A DNA stretch of 64,000 nucleotides from Bispira polyomma (Eukaryota): the NCBI GenBank assembly GCA_965649765.1, contig OZ287750.1, forward strand, positions 62,496,001 to 62,560,000. The letters are read 5' to 3'. How positions within the stretch are numbered: the first letter of the stretch is position 1; each line of letters begins with the position of its first letter. This document shows, one piece after another, positions 1 to 13,599 of the stretch. Position numbers and translations under genes: made by a program. Under the pieces are notes generated by a model. That model was not told where the DNA came from and ran no database searches. It worked only from the letters and a program-made list of their open reading frames with translations.

Positions 1-1204
1 TTGTAGACAGCCCAGCTTTGGGGAGGACTAATCTTAAAATATGCCTTTGTCTTGAGTTTCTGTTCAAAATATTGCATTCAGGGCTGGGACAGTACCACTG
101 GGTATCCTAGGATGGCTATTATTTAGTAAGCAGAGGATTTAATGAACATATAAGCATCCATTGAAGTCAGCTGCCAAAATTTTTGATTCATTAGCATATT
201 ATATTAGTAATGAAAATGATTACGTTACCATAATTAATCAATTAGCAGGAAACATCACCTTAAAAGAAGAATTTTCTACTTCTTTTTAAAAGCCATTGAT
301 ATTTCAGGAAATCCAATGCAGTATTTAATGTGACTTGCAGAGTTTATATTTTACTTTCATCATATTTGGTGATAGCCACAAAAGCCACTGATTTGGGAAC
401 TGTTTCTGTTAAACTTGAGCTTTTGCAAAATTATGACAATTCAACATATTTCTCACTCTAGGTGTGTGTGTTGGGGGGGGGGGGAGGGGCATTCAAACAT
501 TAACATCTGTACCTTTTTTACGATAACTATGTCTCGTTTCTAACAACTTGCATAGAAGTATGCCCGGTTTTCAGTTGCATTTGTTTAATTACTGCTAAAA
601 CAGAAACGCCATTATGTTAGTTATTATTTATATTCATGAACAAGAAATGATAAAATAATTTTGCAAGGCCTTAAAGATAGCATCTAACCCCTGTTTTTTT
701 TTAATTTCAATCTATGTATTTGTCTATATATAGATTTCTATTACCCATCGATAAAAATAAAAAAATGTGAATAAACCGTGTACCCACTAGAAGCCAATAT
801 TGATCATATGTATGGTCGTGTTGTGCTTTACATATTAAGAATTAAAATTCTGAACCTCTATTATAACATTGTCAATTCTTAATTCCAGTAGGATGGAGAC
901 TTCACTGCTTTACTTTAAAAATCTGACTGTAGTTAAAGTAGAAAACATGTAGGCAGAAACAACGCGTGAGGGTAAAAAACAGACTCAAAGAGAAGATTAA
1001 TTTTAAGGTGTCCGATATCACTCGTTGACGAGGTGATCTTTTTCACACAGTAATTGGGATATAGAGCTTATTTAACCCTGTTTTTAGTTGTATTGTGGGA
1101 GACAATATTTTTTGATTAAAGAGAGCACTTTAATGCCAAAATTTTAAACTAAAAGGGAACCTTATAGAGCCTAAAAACAACACCACCATCAAAGCACCAC
1201 AGGG

Positions 1205-1376
1205 GTAAAAAATGAAAAAGTTTCTGAATCTGACCAATTTAATGGATTCTTCCTTGGTCTATTATCTCATCCCTACACCAAATTTCATTTAAATGTATTA
1301 GTTTTTGTGGTAACCTTGCTAGCAAACAAACCAACTAACAGACCAAAACATAAACTCCTTGGCCTAGGAGTAAGTT
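1205..1376 (-). mobile_element. Old Helentron-associated (HINE/DINE-like) element, 5' remnant
   Basis: The minus strand begins ttactcctaggccaaggagtttatgtttt followed by gttt/ggtt microsatellite-like repeats. Homologous ends occur at ~25250-25398 and ~37375-37520. Confidence 0.5.
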
Positions 1377-4300
1377 AAGTAATGATAGGTAAATGCTGTA
1401 TGCTGCATCAATCTACTATTCTAGTTTGGAGTTAAGAAATCATTATGTCCACCTTTTGATCCGCTTGGTCACCACAGTATGCCAGACTATTGCTGCCATA
1501 GTATTTTAGTGACCCAAAAATAGGATAGCCCCTTTTCTCCATTTTTAAGTGCAAAAACTACCAAGACAAAGGCTCATCTGTTTGAGGTTTGGGAAATTTG
1601 ACTAAAATTGTACAGAATGTTGTTAGTTGGATGTTGATCATCATTTATTGTTTGCTTCATTTATTGTTTTTCTACATTCGACTTACATTTTATACTTTAT
1701 TCAAATAGGTACATATAGGCCTATGTTTTGTGGCCGTGGCTATGTTTTTTGACTTCTCTATTGGTTACCTGATTTGGCTGTTGAACTTTAGAAGATGCCT
1801 CGCATTAAGAAGGTGAATACAATACATGTACAATAATTTTTAAGCAATTAGAGTATTCACAGAACATTTACCCATACATTGTTTTATAAGTATCTAATAT
1901 AGGTCAAAATATTGCCAACAGTGATTAAAGGTAGAATTTACTGATTTTCCATGATAATTTAGTCTGGAGTAGCTACTGAAATGTGTGCATTTAGCAATCT
2001 AAAAATCACATATAAAGGGCGGTTGGGGTGCACTATATATAATAATCAGAGGGGGGCCCTTATTACAGACAACACTGCATATATAGTGGATGTGTGTGGT
2101 TTCTTATGGTGAGGGATTGTTTTACAATTGTAGAATAAAAGATAATCAATCCGGTGCAATATGAAAGTAAATTAACTACATGTGGTAATCAATTGTTATA
2201 TATTCTATTGAATGTAATATAAGCACATATATACATGTATATATATAAGTCTGATTTGACTGGTAACTTGCAATGCATGTAACTTTTGTTAGTGACCTGT
2301 ATAATGATATTAGGTGTATTTTTGTCTATTGATACATGGAGCAGCTTGTTGGAGCTATTGGTTTAAAGTTTTAAGTCTGTTTGACTTGTGGACAGTGATA
2401 ATTCTGCTTGGTCTTTCATATCTCTGTGTGTGTATATAGATGTATGTATAGTGGTTTACGTGGGGAGTTGGGTGTTACCTTTGTTCAGTTAGTCTACGTT
2501 TCCATGTCAGGAATAGGCGACGACAATTAACAATTCTTTTGTCTTTGCTCACATGGAAACAGATACTTCTAAATCAATGAAACTAATAAGATTGCCTGAT
2601 CACCTCAGAAAATAGCCTGCATAGAAACGTAGAATTAATATCACCATTTCACTGACAATTTTGTTTGGTCATGCTACATTCCTGTGTGAAGAAGTGTATT
2701 TGTTTCCATAAACATGCAGTATTTATCTGAATAAACACCCCAGAGGTGATGCATTTTTTTCCTTAAAGGGAGGGGAGGTACTATTTAGGACCAAATATTG
2801 GAGGTGGGCGAGCCTGACGGGCGATAAGTAAAGGTAATTTGTATTTCAGAACAAATAGTCTTGTTCAATGGTGGGTGTAATCATTTATTTACTTTCATTT
2901 AGTGATATAACAATTGGGGGGTTTTGAATACACATCATTTCAGTGGAGGTTGGCAATGTGTCAAGCTCAAAATGCAAAGCAATAGATGTTTCTCTTCAGC
3001 CAAATATGATATTTGTAAAAAAACAATAACAAGAAGTATGGTGGGGGAAAGGTTATTAAGAAGAGGGCATTTATTTGTATGGATACTGTATTAGTGTTTC
3101 TGGGTCGTCTCTGTGGCGTAGAATGTCACACGCAGAATGTCACACAATTGCCTCCAAATGTCGTCTTCATGGAAACATATTCTATATGTCATTAAATGCT
3201 GAACATGTGGACATTTACATCAGAAATACACGCATTAAAGTTGTTTTAATTAATCTTTCACACATAAAAGTTCAGCAGTGAAAATAAAATGCCAGTGAAT
3301 CCTTTTGAATTGTTAAAAATAGTAATATTTTATTCGAACTAAAATTTGCACGTATGTAGTATTTCTATTTTACCATACGGTCAAACATAGTTAACTGCGA
3401 GCTATTTGACTGTCACTGAGGTCTTACATGTCAGATACTCCATCCAGAGTATTGTTAAATATATGATCATTATTATTATATATAAAATGCAGAGTGTGTA
3501 GTCTATATAAAAATTGTGGCAGTACTATAGTTTTACACACTTATCCTGCATTCTCATGGACACAATTTGCGACAACCAACAGCTGATATGCATCAGTGAA
3601 TGTCTATGTCTCGATAAATTATCGTTACTTTACAATGTCCAAGTTCATATGTTTAGCTCTAGGAGTGGAACAAAAAATTGCATTCGAACGGAAAAAATCG
3701 CATGTGTTCAGTGTTTGGAAATATTTATTTTTTAAATATAGCATCCTTGCATCATTTGTATGAGAACAACAATACCTGATTTTGTGATCTCAAATCACTG
3801 TCTGTTGTTGCAAATTATGAGAATGCAGGCTTATCCCATCTGCAGATTGTTTAAGGTTGCATATAAATATATAACTGAAAAGGGATTTTGGATTTTGGTG
3901 TAATATGTATTATATCCACATGCTCTTTTGCTATGTAACAATACTTTGATAATATGGATTTGAGCATTGTTTAGCTTTTGTAGATATCAATATGCTGATT
4001 ATGATTGTATACACAATAGACTTACTCTGTTTTGTGTTTGAGTTATATGTTTCAACTTTTCCAACATTGCCTTCACTGTATAACTTGTAATGTAACTTTA
4101 ACAATTGAAAAAAATCTGTATATTTTAGTTGTGGCAAAATTGTCAAAATTCGCATAATCATATAAAATATTCCAGATAAGCGACAAATTTAAATTGGTTA
4201 CTATTTGAATATTTTATGGCTTATCAAGTGAATGAAGACTGATAACGATGTCCATCAAACTAACGATTTACCCACTATAAAATAGCGGATTTAAGAGGAT

Positions 4301-6085
4301 GCTTCTAATTGTAACCACCTGCTAGTGGTGGGAAAAAATAATAGGCCAGTGTTGGCAGTCAACCGCTTCTGCTGTATAGGAAACACATGATGATAAATTA
4401 TAAGAAGTAATAACATTCATGTCGCCCTCTGGTAGTCGGCTACATGGAAATGAGGGCTAAACAAAAAGCCAGAAGATTCCTCTTATAACATCTCCACCAG
4501 CCTGCACCAGGGCATATTCAGATTCCTGTAAGTTTGACTTTCTTTTACACAGATACCACCCAGCCATATTAGAAGTGTGCAGTGAAATTAACCAAATACC
4601 CCAGTATTCAAAATATTTAACTTGTTTGCCATGTATCAATCAACATCAATTTAATTGATAATCCGCGTGTTTTACTTTATTATTACTTTTAACATGTGTG
4701 TGTTTTTTGACAATCTTTAGGAGGCGATAGGATTATTTTTGATGTATATTTGAAGTGTACTGAGTACACGACCACACCTTAAGATTCTGTATTTGTGAGC
4801 TTTCAAATGTTAGTGGTAATAAGTATTACTGTATATACAACATACATGTATATATATATATGTTTAAACCAGTAGTACACTGCCCAGGAAATCTTTGCCA
4901 TAATTTTAATGTACTTTTTCATTGTTAATGAAGAAATAAGTACAAGTGATAGTCTCAGAATCGTAATCACAAAGTGATGAATAGTTCAGACAGTAACAGT
5001 ATTGTAAGCCTATTTTTTATCTGAAAGTTATTGATGATTATATCTAAATTAAATTTTATCAATGATGAAAAATGATATTACACCCCCTCATCCTTCCTTG
5101 TGGCTGTAGCTATGTTGTTGTTTTTACTTCTCTATTGGTTAATCAATAAGGCGTGTTAAAAATATATATTACAAAGGTGTGATTTGGGAAAAATGGTTTA
5201 AAACTTTTGTTTGTGGTCTAAACGTTTTTTGGGTGGTGTATTACGTACTTGTAGTTGTTTTAAGCAACTTTAACTGTGTTCATTGTGTTAGCAGCACATT
5301 AAAATGTGGCTCTTTACCCCATCTTTTGGCTTTTTTTATGTTGTCAAAGATGTTTAAACCAAGTAAGTATAGTCTATATACAAACATATAGAAGTTGTTT
5401 TGTAGCATTTTCTTGTTCAACATGTGAAACACGCTAATTATCTCCTTATGGTATTGTATTTGTGGCTTAGCCAAATAAAAGCTATCAAAAAAGGTGCTTT
5501 CTTTTACTTGTTTTGGTTTGGGGGGTTTTTGCTGTGCATTTCTTTGGGGAAAAAAGGATGAAAACTATCAGAGTTCAGTCACCTGATAAGAATTTCCTAT
5601 ACTTTATAGAAACCTATAAGAAATACAGATTGATTTTATAAAATCTCAGATTGCTGGGTTTTATATCATCCATTCGGAGGTTCTTATGACTAGTGGTCCT
5701 TTTTCTAGCTTGTACTTAGTGGTCGTCACACTAAAAAGTGATGTCCTCCTCGGGCGTCAGCTTGGTGCTTTGCCAGGTGGAGTGAGGTTTATATAGAGTA
5801 CAGTGTTAAACCAGTCAAACTCATGGTATGTAATGTCAAATCTCAAGCAAACTAGACACAATATCTCTACTTAAGTGGAACAACTTCCAGGTAACAGAGA
5901 TATTAAAGGAGGAATTCTTCTGTGGCTCTTCAACTTCAGGTCAACTAAAAACGAGAAATGAAGAAAAGAGTGTGTCAGTTAAAACTGGATATAACTGGAT
6001 TTCATACAGCTCAGGTTCACCTTCCATCACTCTGGGTTGGATATAGTGTTTGACCATGATGGCGTAGGTAGGTGGTGCTTTGCAA

Positions 6086-6437
6086 CATGTGAGCAACGCC
6101 GATAGGCGACAGGCAATGCCAGGCGATTTTTTCGCTACTAGGAGCGAAAAAAATCGCCTGGCATTGCCGTCGCCTTGTAAACATTGCCGATTTTTTTGTA
6201 ATAACTCAAAAATTACTGAAGGTATAAATTTCATGAAAATATGGCGAGGAAGCTTATTTTATCGGGTATATTGTGCTTTTTGTTGCATCAAAATCGGTTT
6301 AGAAATGGCTAAGATATTCAGGTTTAAATACAGGTATCTATTTTTTTCAAATAATTGTATAGAAACATAAAATTTGAAAATTGCCTGTTAAACGTCGGCT
6401 GGTCGCCTCAGAAAGTTGCCTGCATGGAAACGCTCAC
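6086..6437. mobile_element. Truncated copy of the Harbinger-like MITE family (cf. 26538, 53206)
   Basis: Right TIR gtcgcctcagaaagttgcctgcatggaaacgctcac ends at 6437. Internal hairpin ggcaatgccaggcgattttttcgct...agcgaaaaaaatcgcctggcattgcc. About 100 bp of the left end are missing. Confidence 0.85.
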
Positions 6438-6699
6438 TATCTAGTGAGGGTGATTTTTCCCATAATTCATCAAATTTAACATTGGAATCTTCAGAAATGT
6501 AAGAATGTTGAGAAAAAAAAATTAGTATTGAGTGAAGCTGCGATTTCCTGGAATTAATAGCAGACATACGCAGTGCTGTCATAAATTAAAATATCTAAGT
6601 TAGCCAGTATTTTATCTAATATTGATCTCTGTTGGAGATGATGTAAGCACCTTTGAGAGTTTGAGAATGTCTGACTTTGTGTTTGAGTTCACAATTTCC

Positions 6700-6917
6700 T
6701 TTCTAGATATAAGGACTTCCATGTATTCCTCTTTGAAGTCAACTAGAAAGTTTAAGCTTGAGTTTAGCATGCAGGGCCCGCAAGCTGTAAAGAGGTAGAT
6801 TCATACTGTTTCTGGATATAAGGACTTTCATGTAACCCTCTTTGAAGTCTACTAGAAAGTTTAAGCTTGAGTTTAGCATGCGGGATTCACAAGCCTTAAA
6901 AGGGTAGATTCATACTA
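6700..6917. repeat. Tandem duplication, ~109 bp x2
   Basis: ttctagatataaggacttccatgt...ctagaaagtttaagcttgagtttagcatgc...gtagattcatact occurs at 6701 and 6810. Confidence 0.8.
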
Positions 6918-7427
6918 AAGCTCATAGGGATCTGTAATAAAGATCCAAAAAGCAGATATTTTGCTTGAATTCATACTGGACCCAAAATCTGGCCTGATGA
7001 TGTGCATCAACTTATGCATAATGATATGCATTAAATTTCTCATTCAAAATTGATTCTCATTTTTTAGTTCAACTGGGTTAAATTCGGAGAAAAATTTGAA
7101 AGAAAAAAAATCTGTTTAATTGTTTTCTAGACAGGATAAGCCCCTCAGGATCTGTTGTGACTGCGGACACTATTTTCTTTGTTTCAAGTATTTCCCTATT
7201 CTGAGGTCCGTATTCAAATCCGGTCTGTGTGAATCTAGCTTGAATCATGCCATGTATTAAGTTTAAAGCACAGCAAACCACACACATTGTCTGTTTTGTT
7301 TCTGCCGTCGTTGTCAGTACACTTTTCAAACCACTAACTAGCCACTAGTAATACAACAGATGGAACTCTAATTTGGCAGGACACTCTATTATTCAAACAT
7401 GTTGAAAGATCACAAGATTTTGCTAAC

Positions 7428-7760
7428 GGCCGACTCCCACTTATGCGAGTTAGAAAAACGATGCCCATGTGTTTTTGGCGATTAGCCGGTCACATAGGGA
7501 TCTCCCAAAGTAACCACCTTAATATTTGAAACCACAGGGATTTCCTTCTGAAACCCTGGGAAACATAGATCTCCATGGGCATTGTAGAAATTTAGGAATT
7601 TCCGCAATGAACGTGGCACAGCAGGGGTGGTCATCGCTATACTTTCCTCCATATGTGATCTGGCCAATACTGACCACGACTAAATACAAGAATTACTTGC
7701 CAGATACGGGCTGGGTAAGCAGAGAAAATCACAATGCTAACGCAAAAGTGAGAGCCGGCC
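7428..7760. mobile_element. MITE with ~20-bp imperfect TIRs (GGCC termini)
   Basis: Left ggccgactcccacttatgcg, right cgcaaaagtgagagccggcc. No clean TSD. Confidence 0.6.
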
Positions 7761-8179
7761 ATTGAATAATATAAACTGTGATAAAGTAGTTTAGTGTAAA
7801 ACTACATGTATACCATATACTGTAATGGAAATTTAGAAGGGTGAAAGCATGTTCATCATATTCAGATAATAGGGGTTCTACTGTATTAGGAATGCTAACA
7901 TTATATAATACAGCTAAACTAAAACCTCTATTATCTGAACACCTTGGGAAAGTAAGATCTTCTTTGAATAATACAAAAATTAGTTCACAAATTGAAATAT
8001 TCGAACGATTATAGTTTGGATAATCGAGGTTCTACTATAGATTTGTTGGTGTGTTGACTAATTTTTTTTGATACCATATTGTATTAGGACCACAACGTAG
8101 TGTACATATCCCCTAGAGTTTGCTAGAGTAAGAATGACTTTGTGAAGTAGTGAAGATATGAGACCGTAAAACCCAACAT

Positions 8180-8306
8180 TAAAGGGCTTTACAAACCACC
8201 AACTAAACCACACTACAGGGGGAAGACACGGCACATCACGACAGTAGTGTTCACATCAAACGACACAAGACAACACAGCACCACATATGTATGTGAATGT
8301 TCTCTC

Positions 8307-8337
<31 letters not shown>

Positions 8338-8487
8338 ACTCCTCTAATATGTTTGCTACATATTATAGATACATGTATTGGGCTACCTAACGACACAACA
8401 ATTTATTTAGAGATTTCTCCAAGGTCAATTGCCGTGTTGTGGGGTGTAGTATAGTGTCGTGTAGGGAGCAGTCTAAATAACCTCTAT
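8180..8487. mobile_element. Interspersed repeat, probable MITE (second copy 59191-59436)
   Basis: Both copies share taaagg.ctttacaaacc.ccaacta...cctaa.gacacaac...tttagagatttctccaag...gtgtagtatagtgt.gtgtagg.agcagtctaaataacctct. Confidence 0.75.
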
Positions 8488-9204
8488 ATATGATTTTATA
8501 GTATAGTGTCATGTTGTGCAGTTAAGGGCGCTCTCTTTATGAGTTTGCTAAAAGTTGTAGGAGATGTCATTATTCCAGAGTACATCTAGGGTAGGACTAT
8601 TATGTAAGCCTGTCTAGTGGGTACAGTTACTCTAATTTTACAACCCGTGAGTATCACTTGATATCAGGCAAAGGTAGATATAACAAAGCCTGAAAGCCAT
8701 AAACAAGTTTGAAATGGATACAAAAAGGAACGGAACACAAGCTGAATCCTGACTTCCTTAATTGCGTTGCCCTGGCGATGCATCTCCCCATAAAACATGA
8801 GCTTCTATTATCAGCATTGAGCCTGATGCCTGCATTCATGAAAAGACGTTCATTTAATACCTATTTAGAGATAATAGTGTGAAATACGATTTCATTTTCA
8901 GGATATTATAGCTTTAATTAGACACTAAGTAGAAGGCAAGATTGCAGAAACAATCGTGAGAAATTGGCATCATATTTTCTAAAGCTGGGACTAATCTCCT
9001 GTATCATATTTTGTTTTTCTGTAAGGATGTCTTATTTTTATCGGGCACTTTGCAGAGAGTGACTGTAGTAGAAGTCCTATTTCCTTTAATTAGTTCCAAG
9101 AAGACAGTGTCAACTCTATGTAGACTTGCATTCAAGTTTGGATTTCTATTTTTAGTTTTTATGCATCTGTTTGGTATCTTCAGTTCTAAATATGGAATGA
9201 TATA

Positions 9205-9404
9205 CAGTATGACCTCTATTAACCAAACTTCTGTTTTGTTCAAATGGTGAATATTTAATTTTATGAACACACTTTCACTCTCCCAAATCAGCATTTTCCC
9301 AATTGTTAATGCTAAAATACTTCTTCTATTTGCTAAGCCTAACTGATCTGTTGTCTAATAAAATCTTGCTCTCCCAGTATGTTCAGATAATGGAGGTTCT
9401 GCTG
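9205..9404. mobile_element. pogo/Tigger-like (Tc1/mariner) MITE with TA TSD; abundant family
   Basis: TA-cagtatgacctctattaacc...gataatggaggttctgctg-TA. Related ends (cagtagaacctctattatc / gataatagaggttctactg) occur near 7870, 7920-8040, 20750, 26510, 30058, 38500, 40846-40989, 45130, 45390, 46750 and 58200. Confidence 0.75.
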
Positions 9405-9777
9405 TATTTATGACTATTACATTCTGTTAGTACTGATCATATCAGGCCTTCAGGGTGGAGGGGGAAAAAGACAGGTTTCTCAGGTATGCCACTGTGTTCT
9501 GTCCATTCACAGCTTTGTCAACAGATAGAGAGAAATACCTGTGTGTTTGGGACAGATCAGGTGTACAATGCTATTTGCCCTATGTCCCGACAGACCAGAA
9601 AAATGTAAATACTTATAGAAATGTCTGTCCCTGTGTGTTTTGTGCAAGAGCTCAGGCCACATTTGTTTTGTCTGCCTTCAAGTCTATATAATCCTTAAGG
9701 CTGAGGGTATATTCTATGTATTATATAATAATATACATCTTTGTGTAGAGTATGGGAGAGCTACATACACCAATGTC

Positions 9778-10025
9778 CTGGGCCCGTATTCTCGAACGTA
9801 TACTCAGCTTAAACTCATACTCAACTCAAATATAGACTCTGTGGAAATCAATGTACATGGAAATAACCTATACTTGTGACCATTCATTTTAATAGAGCTT
9901 TCAACACTGAATTCAAATATGAAGTCAGATTTTAGATAGGTTTACTGTATGCAGAGTTATAGAGAATCCAGATTTGAGTTGAGTATGAGTTTAAGCAGAG
10001 TATACGTTGGAGAATACCAGCCCTG
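9778..10025. mobile_element. MITE with ~50-bp TIRs (CTGGGCCC-type ends)
   Basis: Left ctgggcccgtattctcgaacgtatactcagcttaaactcatactcaactcaaat; right atttgagttgagtatgagtttaagcagagtatacgttggagaataccagccctg. Decayed relatives at ~43690-43934 and ~47063-47170. Confidence 0.85.
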
Positions 10026-10663
10026 ACACATATATAGGAGAACATGTTTACCTAGCCACTCAAAAACATCCACCCACCACCCCCCAAACTTCTCTCAACA
10101 CAGGAGGTGCTGTGTACAATAAAAAACAGTGCTGTCAGTTTTTCAGACAGTGTATACACAGGGTCTGTGTTGTTATAGGTGTGTATATAAGAAATAACTC
10201 CATGATTTTCCCGCCTTTTTGTTCCTGATTTTTTATGGGAGATGGAACCGTTTTATTTGGTGTTTACGTGTGTTTTTACCTAATGGCTGTATAAACTATA
10301 AGCCTTCCAGGTACCAATATATGTATTATACCGCACCTCCGATATCTGCTGGTTAAAGTGCGCCACAATCTAGACATACATCAAGAAAGCATGGGTTTGG
10401 TTTGATTTTCAGAAATGGTCTTCATAATTAGAAGAGTTACTTTTTTGTTTCGTAAAAAAAATATGTCATAGTATATATCCTATAGTATATATAAGTTTTG
10501 ATAGAATATAACATAATTGATTATAAATACGGATGTAGATTAATTAAGAAAATTGAGGTTTTAGATAATGCATAGGTCTCACTTTGGCAATTTTGAAATG
10601 AGATCTTGGTACGACATCAAAGCGTGATTCAGTTTAGAAAGAGTTGAAAAGGTTGAGTTTACG

Positions 10664-11070
10664 GTTGAGTTGACCAAGCATTGCCAGGTTGAGTTGACCA
10701 CGCATTGCCAAGTTGAGTTGACCATGCATTGCCAGGTTAAGGTGACCACGCATTGCCAGATTAAGTTGATCATGCATTGCCAGGTTGATTTGATCATGCA
10801 TTGCCAGGTTGAGTTGACCACACATTGCCAGGTTGAGTTGACCACACATTTCCAGGTTGAGTTGATCATGCATTGTCAGGTTGAGTTGACCACACATTGC
10901 CAGGTTGAGTTGACCAAGTATTGCCAGGTTGAGTTGATCATGCATTGTCAGGTTGAGTTGATCATGCATTGTCAGGTTAAGTTGATCATGCATTGTCAAG
11001 TTGAGTTGACCACACATTGTCAGGTTGAGTTGACCACGCATTGCCAGGTTGAGATGACCATACATTGCCA
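10664..11070. repeat. Minisatellite, 24-bp unit, ~17 copies
   Basis: Unit gttgagttgaccacgcattgccag, with a variant gttgagttgatcatgcattgtcag. Confidence 0.95.
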
Positions 11071-12578
11071 TCGCAGCGATTGCAAAGCAGTTTAGCAAAG
11101 ATTGCTCTGTTTGTGTCAAGCTTATGTATCGTTCACCTAATCGCCTATAAAGACGTCCCATTTTTTTCTATGGAGAATGTAATGCCTTCTTAACTTGACA
11201 CACAAGCGACTATACCATCCTTTGCATATTTACAGATTGTAAAAAACCATGCAGTAGTTGCACAAAAAAAGAATTCTAGTCAAGTCAGCGGTGAGTTCAA
11301 AGCGGACGCTGCACTCGGGCGATCACAACAAAAGTCACTCTTTACAGAATTCAGACGAGTGTATATCCAGTGCAAATTGTAGGTCGCGTAGATTGTTTGG
11401 CAGGTGGTGGTGACACAGTGAGACTAAGCCTTAATAGAGGAATCTATCACTTTGAAATCTTCTACACATAGTAGCATGTGTTGTTCCTTGCAATGTTCCA
11501 TTCAGTCAGTGTAAGCTGATGGATTGGGTCTAGATGAGTGTCATAAAGAAAAAAAGACAGGAAAACAAAACTCTGAAGAACTCTGGGTGTCATGTTTACA
11601 TGGTAAGAGCAGACTGTCCTCAAAACCACTTATTCGATTGACTGCTGCCGTCAGAGTTTTGGTAAACCAGATAAGTTGCACACTTTGGCCTAATGGTTTG
11701 TAAGCCTCGGCATTTCAAGTAGGACAAACAAAAAGCCCAGACAGAGCCTCTCCAGTCTTCTAACCGACCTAGTTTTGAGATATCTCCTCCCCCTACCCCC
11801 ACTCTCTACCTTTAAAGATTGCATTGCTTCCGCTTGTGTCTTGCCTGGTCTGAGATATGTGTATATTTATGTCGGTTTCCCCTCATCCCACCCCCCTCCC
11901 AGACAAAACAGGTAACATGTGTATAAAGTGATCAATATGAGACCTAACTTGAATGCCAGTGTGTGTGTTGTCATGTTTGAAGAGAGTAAAAGGCCAGCTA
12001 AATAGGCCTTCAGTTTGACTAATAGATATGAAAAATTCCCAGACTGATATATTGACCTGTAGAAAAATCAGACACATGTACAACAGTAACAATAGTTCAA
12101 ATTACTGTAAACCATTTATAATTAGTCCGTCCCTACTTTTTATGGTTACAAGATATTATATTTATCAGCAAAGTTGAGAGACCATCAGGCCAGTAGAAAT
12201 CTACCTTTAAAAGAGACACATGGAAAAGACTTTTTTAAATGTTTGTTTGGCATCTATTACACAATCAATTGATTGGTGCATGGCTAGATGGAGAAGGTAA
12301 ATATAGCAAAAAAATATAGCAAAAACTCAAGCTTTTTGAGTTATAAGACTTGCTATACTGCACCGGAACGTTTGTAGCAGTGGACAGGGGGGGGGGGGGG
12401 TACTGCAGAAAAATGTACATGTGACTGTTTTAACTCTAGAAAAAGAGTTTCTTTGAAAATTTTATGTTCATATATTCGACAAATCAAAATAAGAGGACAA
12501 GAATCATTTGCAGCAGAACTTAAAACAAAAAAAGAAAATCCAAAAAAAGAACAGATTCACCAGTAGATGGTCTTATTA

Positions 12579-13267
12579 GCCTACGCTTCCTTTCAGCACA
12601 CTCCGACGTCGGCCGATTTGAAGGTGTCCGATCTAATCGGACGTCGGCCGACGTTGTGCTTTCTTTCATCCGATGTACACTCAAAACTGTCGGATCATAA
12701 CTTTAAAAATGGCAGGAGAAAGCTTATTTTATTGTGATTACTGTGCTTTTTTTCCACAAAAATTCGTTGACAAACGGCTAAGATATATACAGTTAAGTAA
12801 GGGTACCCATTTTTACTTACTCATTCGTAAGCTGTGACGTAGCTACAAAACTGACGTCATTATGACCTTATGTGACGTATTTCTCACTAGAATGGGGAAG
12901 TTAGGTAAAGTAGGATACCCATCTATAAACTTAAATATCTGAGCCGTTTCTGAACGGATTTTGGTGAGGAAAAAAGCACAGTAATCACAATGAAATAAGC
13001 TTTCTCATGCAATTTTCAACTTCAACATCTGATGAATATTGAATAAGTATTGAATGAGTATTAGTCCAGTTTTGCTTCAAAATCGGACAGTCCTTCCGAT
13101 TTTTTCGCTCCCTGACATAAAAAAATTGTTGGCCAAACAGACGTCGGCCGACGTTAGATCGGATCTGATGCAAATCTCCTAAAAGGAAGCACTTGGTAGT
13201 ATTGTATAATGAGGGAAAAAATCGGCCGACATCGGCCGAGAAAAACATGCTGAAAGAAAGCGTAGGC
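12579..13267. mobile_element. Foldback MITE, Harbinger-like
   Basis: TIRs gcctacgcttcctttcagca / tgctgaaagaaagcgtaggc, flanks TTA/TGA. Subterminal gtcggccgac palindromes and internal ~90-bp inverted arms (12718-12810 vs 12913-13005). Confidence 0.85.
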
Positions 13268-13599
13268 TGACAAAAAAAAACCCTGGACAAACGGCTTCAG
13301 TAAACAATCCTTTTTGTCCCACGGGTGTGTAGAAGTAACACATTGAACTGTTTCCAGTGTAGTATATAGTATTCTTACTGGTTGTACCTTTCATGTAATG
13401 TCTTTTTTAATATTCTGAGGGGCATTTATCACACAATTCAATTGCTTGATACATAGCTGAAAGAAGAAGGTAAACATAGCAAAAAAAAATGAGCAAAAAC
13501 CTGTAAAAAACTGAAGTACACATGTAAATATGTGCAAGAAGTAAAGTTAAGTTTTTTGTAATTTTTTCTCTGGAGAAAAATTACCAAACTTAAATCTAG

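Noticed and set aside
1442-1453. attatgtccacc, matching the HINE 5' subTIR
   Set aside because: An isolated 12-mer with no inverted partner, microsatellite or body.
10579-11161. Three overlapping periodic ORFs (96-175 aa), including His/Cys-rich repeats
   Set aside because: They are a by-product of a 24-bp (multiple of 3) minisatellite, open on both strands with no splice or compositional support.
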